Of a stretch of 64,000 nucleotides of DNA, positions 17,404 to 27,434 are shown in pieces. The DNA is from Patescibacteria group bacterium (GTDB lineage: Bacteria; Patescibacteriota; Patescibacteriia; Veblenbacterales; UBA10138), in NCBI GenBank assembly GCA_041645215.1, contig JBAZQK010000006.1, forward strand, positions 12,116 through 76,115, written 5' to 3'. The notes beneath the pieces are model-generated. The model was not told the origin of the DNA, made no database searches, and saw nothing but the letters and a program-made list of their open reading frames with translations. The position numbers were made by a program, and so were the translations under genes. Positions within the stretch are counted from its first letter, which is position 1. Every line of letters begins with the position of its first letter.

Positions 17404-18270
17404 ATGTACAAGCCCGTGTATTCAGTTTTGATAGTATCATGGCAGGTGCGTGATTATTTGCGACTCTGTTTACGGGCGCTGGCTAGACAGCTTAAAGACG
17501 CTGCCGTTGAGGTTATAGTGGTGGATAACGCGTCGTCTGACGGCAGCGCGCAAATGGTGGAGCGGGAATTTGAATGGGTGCGTTTAATTAAGGCCAATCG
17601 TAATCTGGGCTTTGCGGCGGCGACTAATATGGCGGCGGCGGCGGCGAGCGGCGATTATTTTGTTTTATTGAATCCGGACACCGTGGTCGGCGATTCATTT
17701 TTCAGCGCGCTGGCCGATTTTTTCAGGAATCATCCAACAGCCGGTGTTGTTGGTGGAAAGATTATAAATCCGGACGGCACGCTTCAGCCTTCGGTCAGGC
17801 GGTTTCCTGATTTATTATCGCAGACGCTGGTTTCACTTAAATTAAGCCATTTTTTCCCGGGGTTGTTTAGCAAATATTTAGCAACGGATTTTGATTACAA
17901 TCAGGAAGCAAAAGTTGACCAGGTAATGGGCGCCTGCTTTATAGTGCCGAAGGATGTTTGGCAGAATTTGGGCGGGTTTGATGCCAATTTTTTTGTGTGG
18001 TTTGAAGAAGTGGATTTTTGCCGTCGCCTTAAGGATGATAATGGTGAGATTTGGTATTCACCGCAAATCACCGTTCAACATCAGCCCCGCAGCAGTGCGC
18101 GGCAGTTGACGGCGTTTAGGCGTCACTATATTTACAGTCGCAGTCTGGTTTATTATTTTTGCAAGCATAAATCAACTTTGGCAGGTTTAATTTTAGTATT
18201 AGCCGCCGCCCCGTGGCTGATTATCAGTTATGTCGTCCAAGTTTTTCAGCCTAAATTTCCCCACTCGTAA
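17404..18270 (+). CDS. Glycosyltransferase family 2
   Basis: VVDNASSDGS...LLNPD...GGKIINPDG...DVDFCRRL. Confidence 0.7.
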   Translation: MYKPVYSVLIVSWQVRDYLRLCLRALARQLKDAAVEVIVVDNASSDGSAQMVEREFEWVRLIKANRNLGFAAATNMAAAAASGDYFVLLNPDTVVGDSFFSALADFFRNHPTAGVVGGKIINPDGTLQPSVRRFPDLLSQTLVSLKLSHFFPGLFSKYLATDFDYNQEAKVDQVMGACFIVPKDVWQNLGGFDANFFVWFEEVDFCRRLKDDNGEIWYSPQITVQHQPRSSARQLTAFRRHYIYSRSLVYYFCKHKSTLAGLILVLAAAPWLIISYVVQVFQPKFPHS

Positions 18271-19933
18271 ACTTAATTCAGCTAATCGGCTGTGGTTTTA
18301 CGCCAGCGGGTTAGTCTGGCTGTTGAGTTTGGATATTTTATCCTGGTTGGGCTGGGATTATCCCGTGGTCGGTTCTCTCATGGCTTTAACCATCGGCCTT
18401 GTTTGGTTTTATATCGCCAGTCGAAATATTACAATTGGCGTCGGTTGGTTGATTTTAGAATTGATAATTGGTTCATTTGGCCTCCTGTTTAATTTGAGCT
18501 TTGGCAGTACTACTATTTCGCTGCGGTTAATTCTTTTTTTATTCGCGCTCGGCTTAATAAATTGGCGATTATGGTTTAAGCGTGATTACGTATATTTGCT
18601 TAATCGTTCAGTTTTATGGTACGGCTTGGCTTTGCTGGGTATCGGTTGGGCGTTGATGGTGGCGTTGGCGCGCGGTAATGCGTGGGGCAGTATTTTTTTG
18701 GATTTAAACGGCTACCTTTATTTACTACTGTGGCCGCTGTTTGTTATTATGGCAGCCACGGATGAATCATGGCTGTCAACCGTAAAGAAATTTGTATACC
18801 TTGGTCTGGGGTGGTTGGGCTTGCGGACTATTATAATATTTTATCTTTACAGTCATTTTGACAGCAGTTATCTATGGCCGCTTTATCAGTGGTATCGAGA
18901 TTTAGGTTTGGGTGAAATAACTTACATTAGCGGTAATTATTTCCGGATTTTTTCGCAAAGTCAAATTTGGTCTTTGTTGGCGGCGGCCGCCGGATTTATT
19001 TATCTCGCGGCCGATAGCGGTATTAAAATGCTAAAAAATCGTAATTACCTGTTATATTTAATGATTTGGTTTAATCTGGTAATTGTCATTATAAGTTTGT
19101 CGCGAAGTTTTTGGTTGGGCGGTTTAACGGTTTGGTTATTAATCAGTCTGTGGCTAGTTGTTAAAAAATGGCAGCAAGCAATACGTTATGTAATAATTTC
19201 AGGGGTGATTATGTTATCAGCTATGGGGGCTGTGCGTTTTATCAACCAGGTTCCGTGGCCGGCGGTGCCGGCGGCGAGCGGTAATGCCCTGGCCAGTCGT
19301 TTTAGCAGTAATGAAGCGGCCGGGCAGAGTCGCTGGAATTTGCTTAAGCCATTGGTGAACCAAATTAACACCGCTCGACTGGTGGGATATGGCTTGGGCG
19401 CGGATATAACTTATCACTCGCTTGATCCTCGTGTCGTGGCGTCCACGGCGGGCGGAATAGGCGTAGTAACAGTGACGGCGTTTGAGTGGGGCTATTTAGA
19501 TATGTGGCTTAAGTTTGGCTTAGTCGGTTTATTAGCTTTGTTGGGATTTTTACTGCAGGGCTGGGGGAGGAATTTTTTTAAGTGGTGGCGGGCCGTTGAT
19601 GTCAAAGCCAGCTGGTTTATTCATCCCTGGCTGGCCTTGCTGGTGGTAAATATTACCACGCCATATTTAAATCATCCTTTAGGTTTAGGCGCTATAATGT
19701 TGATATTGGCGGTGGTTTTACAAGGAGATGGTTCCAAAACCCTTTTCGTGGCGAAAGCTATGATTTTTGAACGAGACAAGGAAGATGAGCAAAATGCCCG
19801 GAAACGTAGCAGTAGCTACGATGAGGACATTTTGGGAAATCTGACGCAGTCGCAGTCAAAAAACAGAGATTGCAGCAGAAATAGGGTTTTGGAACCATCT
19901 CAAGATCAGGCCGGTAAAAAATATGTTAATTAA
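18230..19933 (+). CDS. O-antigen polymerase/ligase-like polytopic membrane protein (Wzy/WaaL-like); C-terminal ~65 aa encoded by a MITE copy
   Basis: At least 10 TM helices. The C-terminus ...TLFVAKAMIFERDKEDEQ...VLEPSQDQAGKKYVN is encoded by the family-2 repeat at 19727-19899. Confidence 0.55.
   Translation: MSSKFFSLNFPTRKLNSANRLWFYASGLVWLLSLDILSWLGWDYPVVGSLMALTIGLVWFYIASRNITIGVGWLILELIIGSFGLLFNLSFGSTTISLRLILFLFALGLINWRLWFKRDYVYLLNRSVLWYGLALLGIGWALMVALARGNAWGSIFLDLNGYLYLLLWPLFVIMAATDESWLSTVKKFVYLGLGWLGLRTIIIFYLYSHFDSSYLWPLYQWYRDLGLGEITYISGNYFRIFSQSQIWSLLAAAAGFIYLAADSGIKMLKNRNYLLYLMIWFNLVIVIISLSRSFWLGGLTVWLLISLWLVVKKWQQAIRYVIISGVIMLSAMGAVRFINQVPWPAVPAASGNALASRFSSNEAAGQSRWNLLKPLVNQINTARLVGYGLGADITYHSLDPRVVASTAGGIGVVTVTAFEWGYLDMWLKFGLVGLLALLGFLLQGWGRNFFKWWRAVDVKASWFIHPWLALLVVNITTPYLNHPLGLGAIMLILAVVLQGDGSKTLFVAKAMIFERDKEDEQNARKRSSSYDEDILGNLTQSQSKNRDCSRNRVLEPSQDQAGKKYVN
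19727..19899 (+). mobile_element. MITE-like element family 2, copy 1 (perfect 14-bp TIR GATGGTTCCAAAAC / GTTTTGGAACCATC)
   Basis: Collinear homology (~70-75% identity over ~170 bp) to 46942-47112. This copy is embedded in the 3' end of CDS 18230..19933. Confidence 0.75.
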
Positions 19934-20978
19934 TCATCCTAAATTATCAATTCATTTGGTGACGCATAATGGCGCGGCTTGGTTGCCGTATTGTTTAGAG
20001 TCGTTGTCGCGCCAGCTTAGCATGGATTTTTTCCTGCTCATCATTGACAATGCGTCGCTGGATAATTCAGTTTTAATAGTGAATGATTGGTTAAGAGCTC
20101 ATGCCGCGCTGTTTAGCAGGGCCCGGGTTATACAGCATAAACAAAATTTGGGTTTTGCCCGCGCCCATAACCAAGCCCTGGCCTGGAGTCAAAGTGAATA
20201 TGTAATGTTGCTTAATCAGGATGTGATTTTGGCTGATAATTATACTTTGGACATAATGAAATTTATGGACACCACGGCGGCGGCCGCGGCCGTGACTGGT
20301 AAAATCAGGCAATGGGATTTTATAGCTGATACTTTTTATTATGAAAGTCTTAAGGATAAATCAGAGGCAAAGATTGACACCGTTGGCTTAAAAATCAGCC
20401 GCGGCCGTAAAGTTACTGAAATTAATCAAGGTCAGGCCGATAATAACAAACCCCTGTGGCCGCAACCGGTATTTGGCGTTTCGGGCGCCGCTCCGCTTTA
20501 TCGTCGCGCGTGTTTGGAGGCTGTCAGTTCGGCTGGCGAAATTTTTGACGAAGATTTTGTGTCTTACAAAGAGGATGTTGATATGGCGTGGCGTCTGCGG
20601 TTGGCCGGTTTTAGCGCTTATTGCGTACCAAGCGCGATTGCCTATCATGATCGTGGTTTGGCGCAAGCTAGTGACAGCTCGGTGCTAGATTTAATTAAAC
20701 ATCGTTCCGGTTGGCCACAAGAGTTGAGAATTGCCTCGGTGGCGAATCATTGGGGAGTATTAGTTAAGAATGATAGTTGGTACAACTGGGCGCGCGACTG
20801 GCCGTGGATTATTGGTTTTGAGTTTAAGAAGCTGGCCTATTTATTATTATTTGAACCACAGGTGTTAGGCGGCGGTCTGCGGCGTTTTTTTGCGGTTTTG
20901 CCCCGATTTTTGCGTAAGCGCCGTTTGTTAAAAACAACTCACCGTCTTAAACCGGCGGAGTTGCGTCGCTGGTGGTAA
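19923..20978 (+). CDS. Glycosyltransferase family 2
   Basis: LLIIDNASLDNS...; GT2 DxD-region-like LLNQDV. Confidence 0.6.
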   Translation: MLINHPKLSIHLVTHNGAAWLPYCLESLSRQLSMDFFLLIIDNASLDNSVLIVNDWLRAHAALFSRARVIQHKQNLGFARAHNQALAWSQSEYVMLLNQDVILADNYTLDIMKFMDTTAAAAAVTGKIRQWDFIADTFYYESLKDKSEAKIDTVGLKISRGRKVTEINQGQADNNKPLWPQPVFGVSGAAPLYRRACLEAVSSAGEIFDEDFVSYKEDVDMAWRLRLAGFSAYCVPSAIAYHDRGLAQASDSSVLDLIKHRSGWPQELRIASVANHWGVLVKNDSWYNWARDWPWIIGFEFKKLAYLLLFEPQVLGGGLRRFFAVLPRFLRKRRLLKTTHRLKPAELRRWW

Positions 20979-21799
20979 GGTTAGTAAAATTAGCTATGAA
21001 ACTCTCAATTATTATTTTAAATTATCACAGCGCGGGATTGGTGCGGCAGTGCGTGCGCGGTGTTTATAAGGCGCCGCCGCCGCTGGAGTTTGAAGTTATT
21101 GTGGTTGATAACGCCTCTAGCGACGGGGTGGGCGAATGGCTAAAAGTCAATTACCCGCCAGTGGTTTTTGTGCAATTAAAAAAGAACCGCGGTTATTCCG
21201 CCGGTAATAATGCCGGTATCAAGCAGGCACAAGGTGAATATGTACTGATACTTAATCCGGATGTCGTTATTGCCAAGGGCCAGCTTGAGCAAATGGTAAA
21301 GTTTATGAATAAAAATAAATCGGTTGGTTTAGCCGGTCCGCGATTGACAAATCCCGACGGCAGTCTGCAATATTCAACTTACCATTGGCCGTCGTTCTGG
21401 CTGCCCATTTGGCGGCGAACTAGATTGGGCCAATGGTCAGTTTGGGCGCGGCAGGTAAAAAAATATCAAATGATGGATTGGGGTCATCAGGATAACCGTC
21501 CGGTTGATTGGTTGTTGGGGGCGTGTTTAATTGCCCGGCAAACGGCCTTGAAAACGGTTGGCTTATTAGACGAGAGGTATTTTTTGTATGTGGAAGACAC
21601 TGATTGGTGCCGGCGGTTCTGGCAGGCCGGCTGGCAAGTATATTACATAGCCGAAGTCAGTTTAACGCATTTTCACGAGCGCCTGTCGGCCCAGGCCGGC
21701 TGGTCGGCTTTGTTTAAAAAAGTTACCTGGATACACATCAGTTCCTGGTTAAAGTATTTTAGGAAATGGGGTTTAAAAGTGCCCCAGTATAATAATTGA
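20972..21799 (+). CDS. Glycosyltransferase family 2
   Basis: VVDNASSDG...KKNRGYSAGNNAGIK...LILNPDV...YVEDTDWCRR. Confidence 0.7.
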   Translation: MVRLVKLAMKLSIIILNYHSAGLVRQCVRGVYKAPPPLEFEVIVVDNASSDGVGEWLKVNYPPVVFVQLKKNRGYSAGNNAGIKQAQGEYVLILNPDVVIAKGQLEQMVKFMNKNKSVGLAGPRLTNPDGSLQYSTYHWPSFWLPIWRRTRLGQWSVWARQVKKYQMMDWGHQDNRPVDWLLGACLIARQTALKTVGLLDERYFLYVEDTDWCRRFWQAGWQVYYIAEVSLTHFHERLSAQAGWSALFKKVTWIHISSWLKYFRKWGLKVPQYNN

Positions 21800-21840
21800 A
21801 CTCCCGCTTTAATAAGGGGGAGTTCAGGTTTATTGAAAAA

Positions 21841-22224
21841 TTATTTTAAATTGGCTAAGAATTGAGAAAAAGCTTGTTTTAATCTGCCGCCATAGAGTTT
21901 ATAACCGTCTAAACTGTTGAATATTTTTGTCAATTCTTCCGGAATTTTGGATAAATTATTTTTGTTGATTTTATCTTTGGTAATAACGGAATATCTAGTG
22001 TCAATGATGATGACTTCACCAGCGGAGTTATAAACAATAAAAATATCAGGGTCAATGTATTCATTTAGGGTAGAATAATTTTCTGCAGCTTCGAGGGTTA
22101 AGGCCACATTGATAAGACCAATGGTAATTTTTTTTGGCAAAGGTTTACCATCATATTTAAAGTTTATTATGATAAGAGGTTTACCAGCGTAATAGCTTAT
22201 AACGGCTTCATTGTTAGGGTCCAT
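21841..22224 (-). CDS. Hypothetical protein
   Basis: 127-aa ORF with a coding-like composition. No motif. Confidence 0.35.
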   Translation of the reverse strand: MDPNNEAVISYYAGKPLIIINFKYDGKPLPKKITIGLINVALTLEAAENYSTLNEYIDPDIFIVYNSAGEVIIIDTRYSVITKDKINKNNLSKIPEELTKIFNSLDGYKLYGGRLKQAFSQFLANLK

Positions 22225-22248
22225 TTTTTCTCCTGAAGTTAGTTATTT

Positions 22249-22494
22249 TTATCGATAGAAACCTGGTGGCGGTGGTCCAAATATAATAGTGATGCTAAGT
22301 ATTAACAATAGAATACCGATAATCGTAAATGCTATAGCTGATAGCATTAAAGTCCGTTTCGTTTTTTTTGTTTGCGGTTTTGTTTGCGGTTGACAAGCCC
22401 AGTACGTATAATGTATGGCCAATCCCCAAGCAAGTAATGTAATTATAGGCAGGACTATTTTTATTAATTGAGCTGCTGCTGAAATTGTTTCCAT
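22249..22494 (-). CDS. Small membrane protein (2 TM)
   Basis: Two hydrophobic helices flank a basic linker. Confidence 0.3.
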   Translation of the reverse strand: METISAAAQLIKIVLPIITLLAWGLAIHYTYWACQPQTKPQTKKTKRTLMLSAIAFTIIGILLLILSITIIFGPPPPGFYR

Positions 22495-22633
22495 ATTTGA
22501 CTCCTTGATTTGTTAGTGAACGATTTATTTAATTTGTTCAGTTCAATTGGGTGTATTTTAGCTCTTTTAATGTTTTTGTCAAGGCAGAGTTGGATGTTGA
22601 CTTATACCCTTTTTTTAGCTAAAGTAAGCTGGT

Positions 22634-23641
22634 ATGTTTACTAAAAAAATCGGTATTGATTTAGGCACAACTTATACGTTGGTTCACGTTCCCGGGCGCG
22701 GAATTATTATTAATGAGCCGTCGGTGGTGGCTATTTCAACAGTTGATCGTTCGGTTTTGGCAGTGGGCGAAGAAGCCAAGGAAATGCTGGGACGGACGCC
22801 GGATACAATAGTGGCACTGCGGCCGTTAAAGGATGGAGTAATTGCTGATTATCGCACGACCGAGGCCATGTTGCGTTATTTTATAAACAAGGCTTTGGGT
22901 GGTATGAGGTTTTTTAAACCCGAGGTTATGATAGCGGTTCCGGCCGGTATAACGTCAACCGAGCGCCGGGCGGTTATTGACGCCACGATCGCGGCCGGAG
23001 CCAAAGCGGCTTATATAATCAAAGAGCCAATCGCGGCGGCCATTGGGGCTAATATACCGATTGGTTCGGCATCTGGCCATATGATAGTTGATATGGGCGG
23101 CGGCACTTCTGAAGTGGCTATTATTTCCTTGGGCGGAATTGTCGCTAACACCTCGGTGCGAACTGGCGGCAATAAGCTTGACGCGGCCATTGGGGAGTTT
23201 ATCCGAAAAAAATATGGTTTGGCGATTGGCGAACAAACCGCCGAGGAAATAAAAATTAAAATTGGTTCGGCCCTGTACTTGCAGGACAAGCTTACTATGG
23301 ATGTTAGAGGCCGTGATATGATATCGGGTTTACCGCGGACCGTCCCCGTCAGTTCCGATGACATAACCGAGGCCATTCAAAGTGTGTTGGATGGAATCAT
23401 TCACGCGGTTAAATCGGTTTTGCAAATTACCCCGCCGGAATTATGCGCCGATGTTATTGATAAGGGTATGGTGCTGTCGGGTGGCACGGCGTTGCTGCGC
23501 AACCTGGACAAATTATTCACCCAAGCCACCGGCGTTACGGCTTACGTGGCCGACGAGTCATTATTATGTGTGGCTAAGGGCACTGGTGTCGCTTTAGATA
23601 ATCTGGAATCGTATAAGCGGAGTATTTTGTCCACTAAATAA
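22634..23641 (+). CDS. mreB: Rod shape-determining protein MreB
   Basis: KIGIDLGTTYTLV...NEPSVVAI...DMGGGTSEVAIISLGGIV... (actin-like ATPase motifs). Confidence 0.85.
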   Translation: MFTKKIGIDLGTTYTLVHVPGRGIIINEPSVVAISTVDRSVLAVGEEAKEMLGRTPDTIVALRPLKDGVIADYRTTEAMLRYFINKALGGMRFFKPEVMIAVPAGITSTERRAVIDATIAAGAKAAYIIKEPIAAAIGANIPIGSASGHMIVDMGGGTSEVAIISLGGIVANTSVRTGGNKLDAAIGEFIRKKYGLAIGEQTAEEIKIKIGSALYLQDKLTMDVRGRDMISGLPRTVPVSSDDITEAIQSVLDGIIHAVKSVLQITPPELCADVIDKGMVLSGGTALLRNLDKLFTQATGVTAYVADESLLCVAKGTGVALDNLESYKRSILSTK

Positions 23642-23710
23642 TGGTGATAATTCTCAAATCCTAAATGCTACTCAACCTATAAAATTCCGATTTAAAACAT
23701 TAAAGATAAG

Positions 23711-23850
23711 TTAAAAGTTAGAAGTCAAAAGTCAAATCTGTCGTACCTGCGGTAGATCTCCCGCAGGGAGACAACGCAAAATTAAAAACTATAAAACTTT
23801 TGACTTTTACCATGTGCTTTTGATTTTTGACTTTTGAATTTTGAGTTAAC
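23711..23850. repeat. Intergenic palindromic element with AGTCAAA heptamer arms and central hairpin
   Basis: Left arm gttaaaagttagaagtcaaaagtcaaa pairs imperfectly with right arm tttgatttttgacttttgaattttgagttaac. Central hairpin CCTGCGG-tagatctc-CCGCAGG at 23747-23768. Direct ttttgactttt repeats. Confidence 0.4.
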
Positions 23851-23877
23851 ATGATTTAGGTTTTAAGTTTTATTGCG

Positions 23878-25182
23878 ATGTCTTTACCTGATATATTATT
23901 TCTACTGTTAATTCCCTTTGCCGTCCTGGCGTGGCGGCGATGGGATTGGGCGCTGTTGACCATATTGGCGCTGTTGCCGTCGTATTTGTGGCGTCTGACA
24001 GTGGGAGGGATACCAACGACCTGGCTGGAAGCGGCGATTTATATTTTGTTAATAGTCGTGCTGTTGCGCAGTCAGTGGTGGAATTTTATTAAATCAAACT
24101 GGCTGACTAACCGCAGTTGGATAGTATTAGGGTTAGGTTGGGCGCTGGTGGCGATAGCGGGCGTAGTGGTTGCTCCGGATAAGCGTTTGGCCCTTGGTAT
24201 TTTAAAAGGTTGGATAATGGATCCGCTGGTAGTGGCGGTTTTGTTTTATTACGCGACAGCGGCGGCAGTCAGCAAAATTGAATGGTGGCAAAAAGTAACG
24301 GCGGCATTTTGGTGCGGTGGCGTTTATACAAGTTTGTCCGCCTTAATAATGGCGTATAGCAGTAATGCGACCCGTTTTAACGGGTGGTATGATTCGCCCA
24401 ATGTGCTGGCGATGTATTTACTGCCGATTTTGGCTATGTCATTATTGGTTACTCGGCGCCAAGAATTTAAAAATACTCCAAGTCTGTTACTGAAAATCGG
24501 GTGGTGGGGCGGCAACGCAATTATGGCCGCGGCTTTATTTGGCACCAATTCTTATACCGCGCTAATCGCCCTGGCGGCCGGGGCGCTAATGTATGTATTA
24601 TTTTCAATTAACTATAATAGAATTCTGGCGGCCGGTTTAGGCTTTAGTATTGTGGTGGTTGGCATATTACTGCCGTTTGTTATGACGCCTGCCAATTATT
24701 GGTTCCCGTTGACTCATTACAACAGCACTTATAAACTTGATTCCGGACAAATGCGTTTAATTCTGTGGCGCGAGGCCGGTCAGGTAATACAAACTAAGCC
24801 GCTATGGGGGTTGGGCTTGGGTCAATGGCAGCCTTATTTTTTAAATAAAGTAATGCCTTATAAACCGGAACTTAGGCAACCGGGTGTGACCCTAGAGTTG
24901 TATTATGCCAGTTTATTTCCGCATAATTTGTGGTTGACGACTTGGTTGAATTTGGGGTTGCTAGGGGTGATAATTTTGGCAATTTTGGCGGGCAAATTAT
25001 TTAGGGCAGTAACTAGGACTAAGGCCGTTGAATTGATGGTGGTTTTGGCAATAATTTTGACGCAGGGAATGGTTGATACGCCGTTTTATAAAAATGATTG
25101 GTCTATAATGTGGTGGGTTATGGTGGCGGCGGTAGCTTGGCTAAACAACGACGCCCGCTTAAGTGCCAGTAAAATCGGGTAA
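23878..25182 (+). CDS. O-antigen ligase/polymerase-like membrane protein (Wzy_C-like)
   Basis: About 10-12 TM helices with a large periplasmic loop. Paralogous in architecture to 18230..19933. Confidence 0.5.
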   Translation: MSLPDILFLLLIPFAVLAWRRWDWALLTILALLPSYLWRLTVGGIPTTWLEAAIYILLIVVLLRSQWWNFIKSNWLTNRSWIVLGLGWALVAIAGVVVAPDKRLALGILKGWIMDPLVVAVLFYYATAAAVSKIEWWQKVTAAFWCGGVYTSLSALIMAYSSNATRFNGWYDSPNVLAMYLLPILAMSLLVTRRQEFKNTPSLLLKIGWWGGNAIMAAALFGTNSYTALIALAAGALMYVLFSINYNRILAAGLGFSIVVVGILLPFVMTPANYWFPLTHYNSTYKLDSGQMRLILWREAGQVIQTKPLWGLGLGQWQPYFLNKVMPYKPELRQPGVTLELYYASLFPHNLWLTTWLNLGLLGVIILAILAGKLFRAVTRTKAVELMVVLAIILTQGMVDTPFYKNDWSIMWWVMVAAVAWLNNDARLSASKIG

Positions 25183-25184
25183 TT

Positions 25185-26195
25185 ATGACTAAGCAAGCGC
25201 CGTGGCAAATTAATAATCCGGTTGGCCGATATTTATCGCAATTGATTGATAATGACAGTTTGAGTCATGCCTATCTTATTTATGGTCAGTCGGGAGTAGG
25301 TAAGGTTGATGTGGTTGAGTTTTTTTTACAAAAATTATTTTGTTTATCGGCCACTGATAAGCCCTGCGCCAAATGCTCGGCTTGTCAACAGGTTAAGTCG
25401 CGGCATTTGCCGGACGTTTACTGGATAGCCAAAGCTAACGGGCGACAGGATATTTTAATTCAACAAATACGAGACTTGTGGGCGTTCGTTAAAAACCGAT
25501 CATACAGTGGGGGGTGGCGGGCCGTAGTTATTAATTTGGCCGATGACATGAATGCTGAAGCCGCCAATGCCTTACTCAAAATATTGGAGGAGCCGGCCGA
25601 ACGGGTGATATTTATTTTGGTGGCGGTCAATTGGCGTAAAATACCGCGCACTATCGTGTCGCGTTGTCAGTTGCTGCCACTCGGTTTGATGCCACTAGAC
25701 GAGCTGGCAAAATTAATTGAGGCCGCGGGAGCCGAGCGGCAATCAGCCGTTGAGTTGGCCGCTTTAGCCGGGGGGCGAGTTTCCCGAGCGTTAAATTGGT
25801 TGAATAATAATAGTGAACCGGCTGTGCGCGTGCAGTTGGCCGGTAAACTTATGGCCGCGGCCCGCCAGAATTCTTGGTCGGATTGGCAACTGTTAATTAA
25901 TGATTATTTGATTAAGCCCGGCGATAGCTTATCCCCAGCTCAATTAAGCCAAGACTTATTAGTAGTGGCGCAGGAAGTCGGGCAGGATATTTTAAGAACC
26001 AAACTGGGTTTGGGGCAGTTTATAACTTATCAAAAATACCAATCTGAGCTAAAATTACTGGCAGATTCATGGTCGTATCAGTTGCTCAAGTTTTGGTTCG
26101 AGCAGTTGGCAACGGCTCAGACCAAGATTATGGCTAACGGCAATGTTAAATTGACCTTAGAATGTATGATAGCTAATATAATAGATTATGAATAA
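25185..26195 (+). CDS. holB: DNA polymerase III delta' subunit
   Basis: AYLIYGQSGVGK... Walker-like block, zinc module CAKCSACQQ, then ...ILEEP. Confidence 0.7.
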   Translation: MTKQAPWQINNPVGRYLSQLIDNDSLSHAYLIYGQSGVGKVDVVEFFLQKLFCLSATDKPCAKCSACQQVKSRHLPDVYWIAKANGRQDILIQQIRDLWAFVKNRSYSGGWRAVVINLADDMNAEAANALLKILEEPAERVIFILVAVNWRKIPRTIVSRCQLLPLGLMPLDELAKLIEAAGAERQSAVELAALAGGRVSRALNWLNNNSEPAVRVQLAGKLMAAARQNSWSDWQLLINDYLIKPGDSLSPAQLSQDLLVVAQEVGQDILRTKLGLGQFITYQKYQSELKLLADSWSYQLLKFWFEQLATAQTKIMANGNVKLTLECMIANIIDYE

Positions 26196-26328
26196 ATATA
26201 AATTGATTCTCCTTCGCCTAAAATTCCGGGCGATAGCTCGATGGACATCCAGCCTTCGCAGCCGTTTCGGCGGAGTAGGCTGGAGGCTTGTTTCACTTCG
26301 TCATCGCTCCGCGAGATCTAGCGAAGCC

Positions 26329-27429
26329 ATGACGAGATCTCACATAGCGAGAGCGGCTACGGCGGAATTCCGCTGGGATAGCACGGCCAAAGGTAAGTGG
26401 AGCTTCATTTGGTTGGTTTTAATAACGCTGGTTTTAGTTGGCGCCGGTTGCAGCTTTAAAACTGCCAGTCGAACTGCCGATGGCGGGGTTTACCGTTCGG
26501 ATGATTTGGGTAAAACCTGGCAGCAAAAAGTATTTGCCGGTCAGCAGAATAATAAGAACGTTACCATTGCCAGTCTTGATATTCGGGATTTGCAATTTTC
26601 CGCGGCTGACACAGGCGTCTTGGCGGCCGTGGCCGGCGATAAGGGATTGTTAATAACCAGCGATGGCGGTGAACAGTGGCGGCAAATTTATCAACAACCA
26701 GCCACCGCCGTTGCCATTCACCCCACTGCTAAAGACACTTTTTACATAGCCGCGGGCAACCGAATTTATCGGACGACCGATAGCGGGCAAAATTGGCAAA
26801 CCGTTTATTTAGACACTACGCCCGACGCGCAAATAACCGCTGTGGCCACCAACCGAGCCAACGATAAGCAAATTTTGGCCGCCAGCTCGCGGGGCATTCT
26901 TTTACAAAGTCTTGATTCCGGAAATTCCTGGGAGCAACTTTACTTATTTAAGGCGGCGATAGCAAAAATATTGTTTAACCAAGTTAATGGTAAGTTGATT
27001 TTTGTGGCCCAGACTGACGGCCGCTTGTGGCGGTCGTATGATAGTGGCGTTAGTTGGACTGATTTATCAAACACTATTAAACAGTTGAATCCGCGCCGGG
27101 GGAGTTATCAGGCTATGACTTTTGTGGCGGACACGGCCAATATTTTATACGCCACCCAAAATGGATTAATGCTCGGGAGCGAGGCTGGTGAAAAGTGGTC
27201 TAATTTAAAACTGGTAACTGCCCCCGGCGCGGTAGCGCTGGTGTCGTTGGCGGTGCATCCCAAGTTGCCTAATAATATTTTTTACACTACTGCTACCGGT
27301 TTTTATCGCAGTGCTGATAAGGGCGAGACTTGGCAAACCAGTTCACTGCCGTCGTCGCGTCTACCTTCCAGTATGGCTATCAATCCATCAGCCAATAATC
27401 AAATTTATTTAGGATTTACCCGTAAATAA
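26329..27429 (+). CDS. BNR/Asp-box repeat beta-propeller lipoprotein (Ycf48-like)
   Basis: Lipoprotein-type signal (LVLVGAGC). Repeated S-x-D-x-G-x-T-W motifs (YRSDDLGKTWQ, TSDGGEQWR, YRTTDSGQNWQ, QSLDSGNSWE, WRSYDSGVSWT, YRSADKGETWQ). The tracked ORF begins at 26188; the internal ATG at 26329 precedes the signal peptide. Confidence 0.6.
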   Translation: MTRSHIARAATAEFRWDSTAKGKWSFIWLVLITLVLVGAGCSFKTASRTADGGVYRSDDLGKTWQQKVFAGQQNNKNVTIASLDIRDLQFSAADTGVLAAVAGDKGLLITSDGGEQWRQIYQQPATAVAIHPTAKDTFYIAAGNRIYRTTDSGQNWQTVYLDTTPDAQITAVATNRANDKQILAASSRGILLQSLDSGNSWEQLYLFKAAIAKILFNQVNGKLIFVAQTDGRLWRSYDSGVSWTDLSNTIKQLNPRRGSYQAMTFVADTANILYATQNGLMLGSEAGEKWSNLKLVTAPGAVALVSLAVHPKLPNNIFYTTATGFYRSADKGETWQTSSLPSSRLPSSMAINPSANNQIYLGFTRK

Positions 27430-27434
27430 AATAT

